From Verrucomicrobiota bacterium (GTDB lineage: Bacteria > Verrucomicrobiota > Verrucomicrobiia > Verrucomicrobiales > DEV007), in assembly GCA_045046875.1 (NCBI GenBank), contig JASFYY010000049.1, positions 1-64,000 of the forward strand: 64,000 bases of DNA, given 5' to 3'. The stretch's first letter is position 1; each line of letters begins with the position of its first letter. Shown piece after piece: positions 47,110-55,803 of the stretch. Both the position numbers and the translations under genes were made by a program. A model generated the notes under the pieces. It was not told the DNA's origin. It was given only the letters and a program-made list of their open reading frames with translations, and searched no databases.

Positions 47110-48489
47110 TTACTTGGCGGTTTTTTCGGCCTTCCAGATTGGGGCGTCACGCGGGATGCGTGAGGGGAAATCGCCGAGTCCTGCCCAGATGTGAGGGGTG
47201 GTGAGATCGACTTCGCTGACGATGACTTGTCCCTGGTGATCGGCGGTTTCGATGCGGCGTCCTTCACGATCCCAGATGGCGGTTTTGATCCATTTGTGTT
47301 TGGGGTCGGTGTAGGTGGAGGAGACGATGTAAACGCCGTTTTCTGCGCAGCGGGCTGTGACCAGTTCGGGGTTGCAGCCCCACACGGGCAGGGCGATGAT
47401 CTCGGCTCCGTTGAGGGCGAGGCGGCGGGCGACTTCGGGAAAAAATGCGTCGTAACAAACCATCATGCCAAGTTTGCCAAATTTGGTGTCAAAGACAGGA
47501 TAGGAATCGCCAGGCACCATACCGCTGATATTTTCACCGCGTGGCAGGGAGGTCTTGCGATATTTGCCCGCCACTTTGCCATCGGGATCGATCAACACGG
47601 CGACGTTGTAAACAAGATTGGTTTTGGCTTCTTTTTCCATCAGGCCGACAACGATGTAGAGGTCGTGTTTTTTTGCCAAGGTGCCGAAATAGTCGGTCGA
47701 GGGCCCTGGGATGGCTTCGGCGACTTCGGGGTAAGATCGGCGGGGTTTGATGCCGGCAACGGTGATGGTTTCTCCTAATACCACTAGGTCGGCTTTTTTC
47801 TCTGCTGCTTCGGCTACAAAAGGGGCAAATTGTTTGCATACCTCCAAGGCGGTCGATGCACCTTTGGGGTAGTAATGCACTGCCGCGAGCCGGACCTTGC
47901 GAGGTGCGGGTGGGTCACTGGCCGCAAAGGAAACCTTGCGCCAGCTAAGTGTGCCTTCCGGAGCCCAGCGGAAACGCAGGGTGACGATGGCTTGGGTGGC
48001 TTTGTCGGGAGCGAGGTAACTGTCGTTGACGCTGGTCCAGCCGTCGTTGCTGGTTTCCTTGTCCCTTGGGTAGTCAGGGCGGGCGCGCGAAGTGGTTTCG
48101 CCGAAGTATTCCGGATTGACCGCATGGGGGGAGGTGACGGAGCTGCCTTTGTCGTTCTGCCATTCGATTTCCACCACGGTGCTGCGGCGTGGATAAGGCA
48201 CGTTCTGGGTGTGGCGTTCGGCCTCGAAATGGTAATACTCGCCACCTTTGACAGGGAAGGTTTTTCTCCAAAAACCGTGCACGCCTTTGCTTTTTCCTGC
48301 CTGGCTACTGAATTGTTTTTTGTCTTTATCGTAGGAGAAGCTTGGAGCAAGGTCGGGCAGGGGGGCCCCGGTAGTCCAACCGTCGGGGGTGTTGGCCGGA
48401 GGGGGGAGCAAAGTGTCCTTCTGAGGGCCGGCAGAAAGTTGCAGCAGCGACAGGCTGAAAAGAACGAGGGTGATGACTAGAGGTTTCAT
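47110..48489 (-). CDS. Secreted carbon-nitrogen hydrolase (nitrilase superfamily) with an extra N-terminal beta-sandwich-like domain
   Basis: Signal peptide; Glu-Lys-Cys triad regions LVVLGE, KYRKTSL, MVCYDAFFPE. Confidence 0.87.
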   Translation of the reverse strand: MKPLVITLVLFSLSLLQLSAGPQKDTLLPPPANTPDGWTTGAPLPDLAPSFSYDKDKKQFSSQAGKSKGVHGFWRKTFPVKGGEYYHFEAERHTQNVPYPRRSTVVEIEWQNDKGSSVTSPHAVNPEYFGETTSRARPDYPRDKETSNDGWTSVNDSYLAPDKATQAIVTLRFRWAPEGTLSWRKVSFAASDPPAPRKVRLAAVHYYPKGASTALEVCKQFAPFVAEAAEKKADLVVLGETITVAGIKPRRSYPEVAEAIPGPSTDYFGTLAKKHDLYIVVGLMEKEAKTNLVYNVAVLIDPDGKVAGKYRKTSLPRGENISGMVPGDSYPVFDTKFGKLGMMVCYDAFFPEVARRLALNGAEIIALPVWGCNPELVTARCAENGVYIVSSTYTDPKHKWIKTAIWDREGRRIETADHQGQVIVSEVDLTTPHIWAGLGDFPSRIPRDAPIWKAEKTAK

Positions 48490-48595
48490 GAGGGGAATGT
48501 CAGGGACATCGGTGGGTTTGGCAATAATTGGTTTCCGTAAGTGCCACAAGGTAAAAGGAACTTGTTTGGGCTTTGAATTTTGGTATGATTTACGC

Positions 48596-49378
48596 ATGAC
48601 GGGCGAGGAGGATTACCGAGAGTTTCAGCAGGATTTTTTTGACCGGATGGGAGAGGCGCGGAGTTTGGCCAGTTTGTTTGACTTTGTACCGGATGTTTAT
48701 TTTTATCTAAAGGATGAGCAGAGTCGATTCATCAAAGTGAATGAGCCGATGCTCAGGACGCATGGTTTGAAGCATGAGTCGGAGATGCTGGGTAAAAATG
48801 ATTTTGATTTCCATCTGCCGTTGTTGGCGGCTCAGTATATTGATGAAGACCGGCGGGTGAGGGAGAGTGGCAAAGCTTTGCCGAATCAAGTGTGGCTGGT
48901 TCCCAACTCATCGGGTATGTTGTTTTGGTATTTATCCAGCAAGGTGCCGGTTTTTGACAAAACGGGCAAGGTGATTGGCATTGCGGGCGCGATGGTGCGG
49001 ATGGATCAGGTGGGGTCGGTGGTCGAACCTTACCGGGAAATGACCCCATCGGTGGCTTATGTGATGAATCACTATGCGGAGCGTATTTCGATCCGTGGAC
49101 TGGCGGAGATGACGGGTTTGTCTTTGAGTCAGTTTGACCGTCGTTTCAAGGATTTGTTTCAGATGACCCCTTCGGATTATATCCATCGGGTGCGGGTGAA
49201 CGCGGCACGCAGTTTGTTGGAGAAATCAGGTGACAGTATCGGAGAGATCGCTATCGATTGTGGTTTTTACGATCAGAGCCATTTCACCAAACGGTTCAAG
49301 CGGGTGCTTGGGATGAGTCCGAGTGCGTATCGGAAGCGTTATGCTAAGAAGGGCTTCGCGGGGGGTGGGGAATGTTGA
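48596..49378 (+). CDS. AraC-family transcriptional regulator with an N-terminal PAS domain
   Basis: FYLKDEQSRF..VN, GKNDFDF, SSKVPVFD; AraC HTH IAIDCGFYDQSHFTKRFK. Confidence 0.92.
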   Translation: MTGEEDYREFQQDFFDRMGEARSLASLFDFVPDVYFYLKDEQSRFIKVNEPMLRTHGLKHESEMLGKNDFDFHLPLLAAQYIDEDRRVRESGKALPNQVWLVPNSSGMLFWYLSSKVPVFDKTGKVIGIAGAMVRMDQVGSVVEPYREMTPSVAYVMNHYAERISIRGLAEMTGLSLSQFDRRFKDLFQMTPSDYIHRVRVNAARSLLEKSGDSIGEIAIDCGFYDQSHFTKRFKRVLGMSPSAYRKRYAKKGFAGGGEC

Positions 49379-49477
49379 GCCGAGTTTGCGAGACAGCTGG
49401 AGGATGCCCCCGAAAGCAGTATTGAACAAGGAACAGGGGAATGATGAAGTGAAGAGGGAGGGATTGTTCTTCAATCC

Positions 49478-50875
49478 CTACTTTTTCTTTGGTTTTACCG
49501 TGCGGGATTTCATTTTGAAAATCAGAGGTAGACCGATCAACGGAATTTCGGCACGGATTTTTTTCTCTAGATAACGCTCGTAGGTGCGGGTGAGCAGGTT
49601 GGCGTAGTTGACAAAGAGGATGTATTCCGGGCTGGGGATAAGCATGGGTTGATCGTGACGGCGCTGGGTGCAGTAGAGTAATTTGAGGCGTTTGCCACCT
49701 TTGCGAGGTGGCGGGGTGGCCTCGATGGCTTCGCGTAGCAGTCGATTGAGATTGCCGGTGCCGATCGGTTTGCTGGCAGTTTTTTTGATCCGGCGGATCG
49801 ATTTAAAAATCTGATTGAGGAATTCGCCTTCTAAGGCCGATACGGCGATCAGCGGAGCGTAGTCGAGAAAAAACAGATCTTGGCGGATCGATTCTTCGAG
49901 GTTTTCAATACGGTCGCGGAATTTGCCTTCAGGGTGGTAGAGGTCAAATTTGTTGAGCACGATGATGCAGGGTTTTTCGGTCTCCATGATCATGCGTGCG
50001 ATGCGTCGATCCTGGGCGACAACGCCTTTGGCGCAGTCGATGGTGAGCAGGCAGATGTCGGCACGGCGAATGCTGCGTTCGGCGCGCATGGCGCTGAAGA
50101 CCTCGACCGAGCTGTCACGGCGGGTTTTTCTGCGCATGCCAGCGGTATCGATTAGTAGGTAGGGATCGTCACCTCGGGTATAAGGCACGTCGATGGCATC
50201 GCGGGTGGTGCCGGCCACGTCACTGACGATGGTGCGTTCGTCTTTGAGGATGGCATTGATGAGAGAGGATTTGCCGACGTTGGGACGACCGACGATGGCG
50301 ACTTTGACCGGTTCTTCTTTTTTCTCATCTTCGGCTTCGGCTTCGGCGGTGATCGGGGAAAAGCCCAGGGCGTCCAAGTGTTGGTCGACGGTTTGTATGA
50401 GTTGGTCAAAATGGCGTCCGTGGGCGGCACTGACAGAAATGGCCTGATCAAATCCAAGGGCAGAAAAAACGGCTGCGTTGTTGTCCACTTTGACATCGTC
50501 GATTTTATTGACGATCAGCAGCACGGGGGTATTGGAACGGTGCAAGTGCTGGGCCAGGTCGTGGTCGATCGGGGTGAGATCTTCACGTCCATCGACGACA
50601 AAGAGGATGAGATCCGAGGATTCCATGGCGATATCGGCCTCAGTGCGGATCTGGGCGGAAAAGGCGTCATCCAAAAAGGCGCCAATACCGCCGGTGTCCG
50701 TGACTTCGAAGGTGATGTCGCCTTGTTTGCACTCGGCGGCGATGCGGTCGCGGGTGATGCCAGGTTCGTCGTGCACAATAGAGATTCTCCGTCCGGCGAG
50801 ACGGTTGAATAAGGCTGATTTTCCGACATTAGGTCTGCCGACGATAGCCACACGGGCTTGGTGCAAAGTTTTCAA
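49478..50875 (-). CDS. der: Ribosome biogenesis GTPase Der (EngA)
   Basis: Two GTPase domains (GRPNVGKS twice, DTGG/DTAG, NKID/NKFD) and a KH-like tail with YERYLE; TTG start. Confidence 0.96.
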   Translation of the reverse strand: MKTLHQARVAIVGRPNVGKSALFNRLAGRRISIVHDEPGITRDRIAAECKQGDITFEVTDTGGIGAFLDDAFSAQIRTEADIAMESSDLILFVVDGREDLTPIDHDLAQHLHRSNTPVLLIVNKIDDVKVDNNAAVFSALGFDQAISVSAAHGRHFDQLIQTVDQHLDALGFSPITAEAEAEDEKKEEPVKVAIVGRPNVGKSSLINAILKDERTIVSDVAGTTRDAIDVPYTRGDDPYLLIDTAGMRRKTRRDSSVEVFSAMRAERSIRRADICLLTIDCAKGVVAQDRRIARMIMETEKPCIIVLNKFDLYHPEGKFRDRIENLEESIRQDLFFLDYAPLIAVSALEGEFLNQIFKSIRRIKKTASKPIGTGNLNRLLREAIEATPPPRKGGKRLKLLYCTQRRHDQPMLIPSPEYILFVNYANLLTRTYERYLEKKIRAEIPLIGLPLIFKMKSRTVKPKKK

Positions 50876-50971
50876 AATAACTGGATGTCCCTAGTGAATA
50901 ATAAGGGGGCGAAGTGCGGAGAGTGTTTCCCATAGCACTTATTTGGGAGCTTTCAAGTGAATGGGCTTGAA

Positions 50972-51044
50972 ATTAGGGATTTGAGATTTGAGCCGGAGCG
51001 AAGTCCAGACAGCCGGAAGGATACGGCTCGAAGGCCAATTTGAG
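50972..51044 (+). repeat. ATTTGAG heptamer repeats enclosing a GAGCCG...CGGCTC hairpin-like insert
   Basis: ATTAGGG ATTTGAG ATTTGAG, a GC-rich segment with inverted ends, then ATTTGAG again. Confidence 0.5.
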
Positions 51045-51058
51045 AGGATTTTCGGCGG

Positions 51059-52051
51059 TCACATGAAGTCATCGATGTAGGTATCAATGATTTGCATCAG
51101 GGTCGATGGCGGTGGGACGCCGATTTTGAGGGCTCGGGCACCGTCGGTGGCGGTGGGCCAGGTGGCGACGATACGGCGAATGGTTTCATCCGGGCTGTCA
51201 ATAATGGGGCCGAGGGTGATGTTGCGGCTGGCAGCAGCTTCTTCGAGGTTCTCGATCATCTCGGCCACGCTGTGTTGGATGCTTGGCAGGCCGTAGGCTC
51301 GGTCGTCACCAAGGACATCCGGCTTGGCTTCGTGCAGGGCGATGAAGGAATCGATCACATCACGGTAACCTAACACAGGCATCAGTTGAGCGCGGTCGAC
51401 GGGCAGTTCACAGGTTTGACCGGCGAGGGGCTCGCGCAAAACACCGCTGGCAAAACTGGAGGCGGCGGTATTGGGTTTGCCTGGCCGGATGATGATGGTC
51501 GGCAGGCGGGCGGAGCGACCGTCGATGAAACCTTTGCGGCTGTAGTCGTTGATCAAAAGTTCGCCAATCACTTTGGTCATTCCGTAAGTGGTTTGTGGGG
51601 TGCGTTTGGTGCTGTCAGACACAGTCTCCGGCATGACTTCGCCTCCAAAGGCGGCGATGCTGCTGGTGAAAACCAAACGCGGGGTGCTGATGCGGGCGCG
51701 ACAGGCTTCCAGTAGATGGCGTTGACCGTCGAGGTTGATGTTGATGGCGTCATCGAAGCGGACTTCGCATTCACCACTGACCATCGAAGCGAGGTGGAAG
51801 ACCGAAATGTCATCGCGATCGATGAGGGAGCTTACCTGGTCCCGGTCTGAAATATCACCGGTGACCCAGCTCATTTGTGGATGATCCTCGAGGCCGCTTT
51901 TGGCGGCATCGGAAAGGTGGGTATCAAACAGCAGGATTTCGTCGATCACTGTGGCTTGCCCTGACGGCGCGGTTAACTCACCACGTTTGATGAGTTGACG
52001 GGCGAGTTGATTGCCGAGGAAACCTCCTCCTCCTGTGATAACAACTTTCAT
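51059..52051 (-). CDS. NAD-dependent epimerase/dehydrogenase, D-erythronate dehydrogenase (DenD)-like
   Basis: TGGGGFLG, FHLASMVSGECE, FTSSIAAFG, YGMTK, DYSRKGFIDGRSARLPT, RPGKPNTAASSF. Confidence 0.85.
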   Translation of the reverse strand: MKVVITGGGGFLGNQLARQLIKRGELTAPSGQATVIDEILLFDTHLSDAAKSGLEDHPQMSWVTGDISDRDQVSSLIDRDDISVFHLASMVSGECEVRFDDAININLDGQRHLLEACRARISTPRLVFTSSIAAFGGEVMPETVSDSTKRTPQTTYGMTKVIGELLINDYSRKGFIDGRSARLPTIIIRPGKPNTAASSFASGVLREPLAGQTCELPVDRAQLMPVLGYRDVIDSFIALHEAKPDVLGDDRAYGLPSIQHSVAEMIENLEEAAASRNITLGPIIDSPDETIRRIVATWPTATDGARALKIGVPPPSTLMQIIDTYIDDFM

Positions 52052-52126
52052 GAACGTGGATCTAATGCCTGTTGGGCTATGGTCGACATGAAAATAAGGT
52101 AACAGCTTTGAAGGTTGAATCAAGCA

Positions 52127-53668
52127 TTAGGACTCGGCGTGTTTATGGTCAGAGCGCGACAGCAGGTAACTCACGGCCAGGCCTACGATGAGGTTGACGA
52201 GTAGGGCGGCGGGGCCGGTCCATTGAAAGCTGATGGGGTCGTAACCGGTTTTTGGGTTCACTCCAAAGATCGAGCCAGAGAAGGCGATCAGGATGGCGGT
52301 GATCAGGCCACAGATCCAGCCTGCCCAGACGCCTGCGGGTTTGGAAAATTTCACAAACAGGGCGAAGAAAAACAGACAGAAGATGAGCGGGACAAAGAGG
52401 TTGACGGTTCTCTGGGTCATTCCGGTGATGTTGCCCGGGATTTTACTCATGAAGGGACTGGCGGCGATGAGGACAATGATTGCACCTACGCTGAAAGCAA
52501 TAATTCTCGCCATTCGAACATGACCTTTTTCGTCTTTCGGGCTGCGTCCAAATCGATCAAGGAGGTCGGTGGTGACGACAGCGGTGATGGAATTGACTCC
52601 GGAATCAACGCTGGACATTGCCGCAGCAAACATGGCCGCGATGACGATCCCTGATACACCCGGAGGAAGATGGTAAGCGATGAATTGAGGAAAGATTTCA
52701 TCCGCATTTTTTTTGAGATTCATTCCCTCGGGCAAGGCTTCGGGATTGGTTTGAAAATAACCGAGCAGGGCAACGCCGACAAAGCCAAGAGTGATACCAA
52801 CGAGGGCACCTACAATCAGCTGGGTGGCAAAGGCCTTGCGTGCTGCTTTGACGTCGGTGGTTGCCATGAAGCGTTGGATCGAAACCTGGTCGCCGCCAGA
52901 GGTGCAGACGTACCAGACAAAAACACTGAGCACTGTTCCGAAGACTGTCACCCTTTCGGAAGGATCCCAGCTGAACAAGGGCTGTTGATCCCAATTTGAA
53001 TGCCATTCAGTGGGAATCCAGCCGAAACCTCCAAAGTCAATGGTGACCATGATGATGACCAGTAAAGCTCCTCCAAAAAGTAGTATAGTCTGGATGAGGT
53101 CGGTGACAACGACAGCTCTCAGGCCTCCTAGTGTGGTGTAGGTAACTGAGACAATGCCTGTAAAGAGTATGATGTAGGGAATCCAATCATCATTGCCCCC
53201 GATCATGACAATCATGGCTTTGGATGCGAGAAAAATGAGCAAAGACATCCAGATCAGGCGTAGGGCAAGGAACATGGTGACGCCAAGCAAACGAATACTG
53301 AGTCCTAATTTTTCTTCTAGAAGTTCGTAAGCACTGGTGACCCGATGTTTCATGTAAACGGGCAGTAATACAAATGCGACTACCACAAAGATGAATGGAT
53401 ATGCGAGCATGGCCGTTATGTAAATGGGGCCTTTTCCGATTACTTCGCCAGGAGTAGACAAATAGCTGATGGTGCTGAGTAGGGTAGCAAAGAGCGAGAC
53501 ACCGATCAGCATCCAGTTCATATTGCCACTGCCAGTGAAATACTCCTTGGTGCTTTCCTGTTTGCGTCCAAACCACCAACCAAGCACAATGGTGGAGGTA
53601 GCGTAAATCGCGACGATCACCCAGTCGATGATGGCGAGACCGGAGGAAGCGGGGGTAGTGGCTAACAT
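52127..53668 (-). CDS. Sodium:solute symporter (SSS; sugar/sialic-acid-like subfamily)
   Basis: GVSLFATLLSTISYL, SAYELLE, YTTLGGLRAVVVTDLIQ, AAMSSVDSGVNS. Confidence 0.92.
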   Translation of the reverse strand: MLATTPASSGLAIIDWVIVAIYATSTIVLGWWFGRKQESTKEYFTGSGNMNWMLIGVSLFATLLSTISYLSTPGEVIGKGPIYITAMLAYPFIFVVVAFVLLPVYMKHRVTSAYELLEEKLGLSIRLLGVTMFLALRLIWMSLLIFLASKAMIVMIGGNDDWIPYIILFTGIVSVTYTTLGGLRAVVVTDLIQTILLFGGALLVIIMVTIDFGGFGWIPTEWHSNWDQQPLFSWDPSERVTVFGTVLSVFVWYVCTSGGDQVSIQRFMATTDVKAARKAFATQLIVGALVGITLGFVGVALLGYFQTNPEALPEGMNLKKNADEIFPQFIAYHLPPGVSGIVIAAMFAAAMSSVDSGVNSITAVVTTDLLDRFGRSPKDEKGHVRMARIIAFSVGAIIVLIAASPFMSKIPGNITGMTQRTVNLFVPLIFCLFFFALFVKFSKPAGVWAGWICGLITAILIAFSGSIFGVNPKTGYDPISFQWTGPAALLVNLIVGLAVSYLLSRSDHKHAES

Positions 53669-53691
53669 GGTTGTAGGATAGGGGTAGGAGT

Positions 53692-55647
53692 TTATTGGTA
53701 AAATGCAGCGATGGGCAGGGAGCGGAAACGGGAGGAGATTTGTTTGTTTTTTTCGTCGCGCACGTAGTAGCTCATGATGGCGCGGCCATGCATGAAGGTC
53801 AGGCTGATGTAGGAGTAGGTGTGCTGTTTGCTGGTTTCGAGATTGATTTTGTTGTGCCACGTTTTGCCTTCGTCGGATGAAATGGCGGCGGTAAGAGGGC
53901 TGCGTTTGCCGCTGTGCCCGGCTCCCTTTTCATAGTTGTCATTCCAGATCAACAACAGGTCACCGGTGGAGGGGATGCGGCGGATGGTGGCCGGAGCTTC
54001 GGGTGAACGCACGTTCCAGGACGCTGGTTTGGACCAGGTTTCACCACGGTCTTTGCTGTAGCTGATAGCGATGTGCCCGGACTGGGTGCGGATCAGCATG
54101 CCGATGCTGCCATCCTTGAATTCGATGAATTCGGGTTCCATCGCGCCGCGTTTGGAGTAGTCCACGATCTGCTGGCTTTTTTTCCAGCTTTTGCCCTGGT
54201 CATCAGAAAACAGGCAGTAGGATTTGATGTGGCTGATTTTTTTGATGTCCGGGCTGAACCACATAGGGGCTAACAGTCGTCCGTCACGCAGGCGGGTGAT
54301 GCGGTCATTATTCATTCCCTGGTATCCGGCTTCATCGGTGAGGCTGTGTTGTTCGCCAAATTTCAGTGGCTCTTTAGCGGACGAGGTCCGCATATAGGGA
54401 TGCATGTCGTTGAGAGAGTTTTTTCTTAGATAGAAAAATCCGATCCGGGTATCTTCGCCCAGTGGAGAAGTCAGATAACGCAGGGTGACCGACATGATGT
54501 TTTTGTCTTTTTCCGGGCTTTGCAGAACGATGGTATCACCCCAACTGCGTCCTGCGTTGGGTGAAGTCCGAGCGATGATGCGGGCTTCAGCATGATCGGA
54601 ACCGCTGCCGACAAATTCGGTGGTGGCGTAGAGTAGGCTGCCGTCCGGCATGGGCAGAATAGAGCCCTCGCTGTAACGCGGGTTTTTCTTGGTGGCGGGG
54701 AAAACTTCGCGGGAAATGTTTTCGTTGCTGTCAGGCGGCACGTCTTGGGAAAGCACAAACAGTGCTTGCGCGGCTCTCACCCGGACGTCAATATTTTCAT
54801 CATCGAGCAAGGGGATCAGGCGATCCTTGGCGGAGGTGATGCGCGCCTCGCCAGCGAAGGTGGCGGAGTAAGTTCTGATAGCGGGATCGTCGGAGCGAAG
54901 GTTGCGCAGTACCGCAGTTATGCCGCGAGGGTCACCGAGCAGGGCAAGGGAGTTCTCGAAGTAGGCGCGAATCAGGGGATCTTTTTGTTTGCTCAGACCT
55001 GCCCGCAGTCCGGGTAGATCAGTACGGGCATCGCCAATACGGCCGAGCACCCAGGCGACAATGCGCACAATGTCCTGATCTTCATCGTCGAGATGATCAC
55101 GTAAGAACTTCATCGCCTGAGGGTTGCCTTGGCGACCGAGGGCAGCGGCGGCCATCAGCGCTTGTTTGATGTTTTTGCTTTTGAGCGCGGCGCGCATCAG
55201 TTGACCGTCGGCGATCTCGTTGACCTTGTAGAGGCTTTCGCAGGCGTGCACATGGCCGTGGGGATCTTTTCCTGCGAGGATGTCGAACATGATAGCCGCC
55301 TTGCTGCGGTCGCCGGCACGAACCAGTTCGCGCGCCAGGCCGACCCGGTGTTGATCGTCTTTTTCTGTTTTGAGTTTGGGGGTGAGGAATTTGGTGACTT
55401 CATTCCCGTGACCAGCCAGTGTCAGAGCTTCGCAAGCATGGATCGATGGCCAGAAATTGTCCGGGCCTTGTGCTCGAATACCGTCACGCAGAATTTTCAA
55501 GCCTTTGGCGCTGGTCTTGGCATCCAGATGGATCGTGCCGGGTGCAGGAGGCGTCGAGTCTGCCGCCTGGATTTGCGCGTTGGGGATCAGTAGGGCGAGC
55601 GCTGCGCCAAGTGCGTAGCGAAACATGAAGGGGGGATTTTTTGTCAT
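53692..55647 (-). CDS. Secreted HEAT-repeat + BNR/Asp-box exo-sialidase-like fusion protein
   Basis: Signal peptide; HEAT repeats (VRIVAWVLG, IRTYSA, VRVRAAQAL); Asp boxes SPNAGRSW, SDDQGKSW, SKDRGETW, SSDEGKTW; MEP, RTQ, RSPL, YSY. Start 55647 or 55626. Confidence 0.82.
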   Translation of the reverse strand: MTKNPPFMFRYALGAALALLIPNAQIQAADSTPPAPGTIHLDAKTSAKGLKILRDGIRAQGPDNFWPSIHACEALTLAGHGNEVTKFLTPKLKTEKDDQHRVGLARELVRAGDRSKAAIMFDILAGKDPHGHVHACESLYKVNEIADGQLMRAALKSKNIKQALMAAAALGRQGNPQAMKFLRDHLDDEDQDIVRIVAWVLGRIGDARTDLPGLRAGLSKQKDPLIRAYFENSLALLGDPRGITAVLRNLRSDDPAIRTYSATFAGEARITSAKDRLIPLLDDENIDVRVRAAQALFVLSQDVPPDSNENISREVFPATKKNPRYSEGSILPMPDGSLLYATTEFVGSGSDHAEARIIARTSPNAGRSWGDTIVLQSPEKDKNIMSVTLRYLTSPLGEDTRIGFFYLRKNSLNDMHPYMRTSSAKEPLKFGEQHSLTDEAGYQGMNNDRITRLRDGRLLAPMWFSPDIKKISHIKSYCLFSDDQGKSWKKSQQIVDYSKRGAMEPEFIEFKDGSIGMLIRTQSGHIAISYSKDRGETWSKPASWNVRSPEAPATIRRIPSTGDLLLIWNDNYEKGAGHSGKRSPLTAAISSDEGKTWHNKINLETSKQHTYSYISLTFMHGRAIMSYYVRDEKNKQISSRFRSLPIAAFYQ

Positions 55648-55803
55648 CACAATTTTGAAAGGGGTAATATCAGCATTAGCAGGGTGAATATGCAAGGATT
55701 GTGTTTGATTCGGTTGAGAATGAGCCGGGCAGCCGTCTTGTGTTATTTTATAAAACAATGATGGGATATTATAAGTATCTCTTGTTATAATGAATTTGAG
55801 CAA

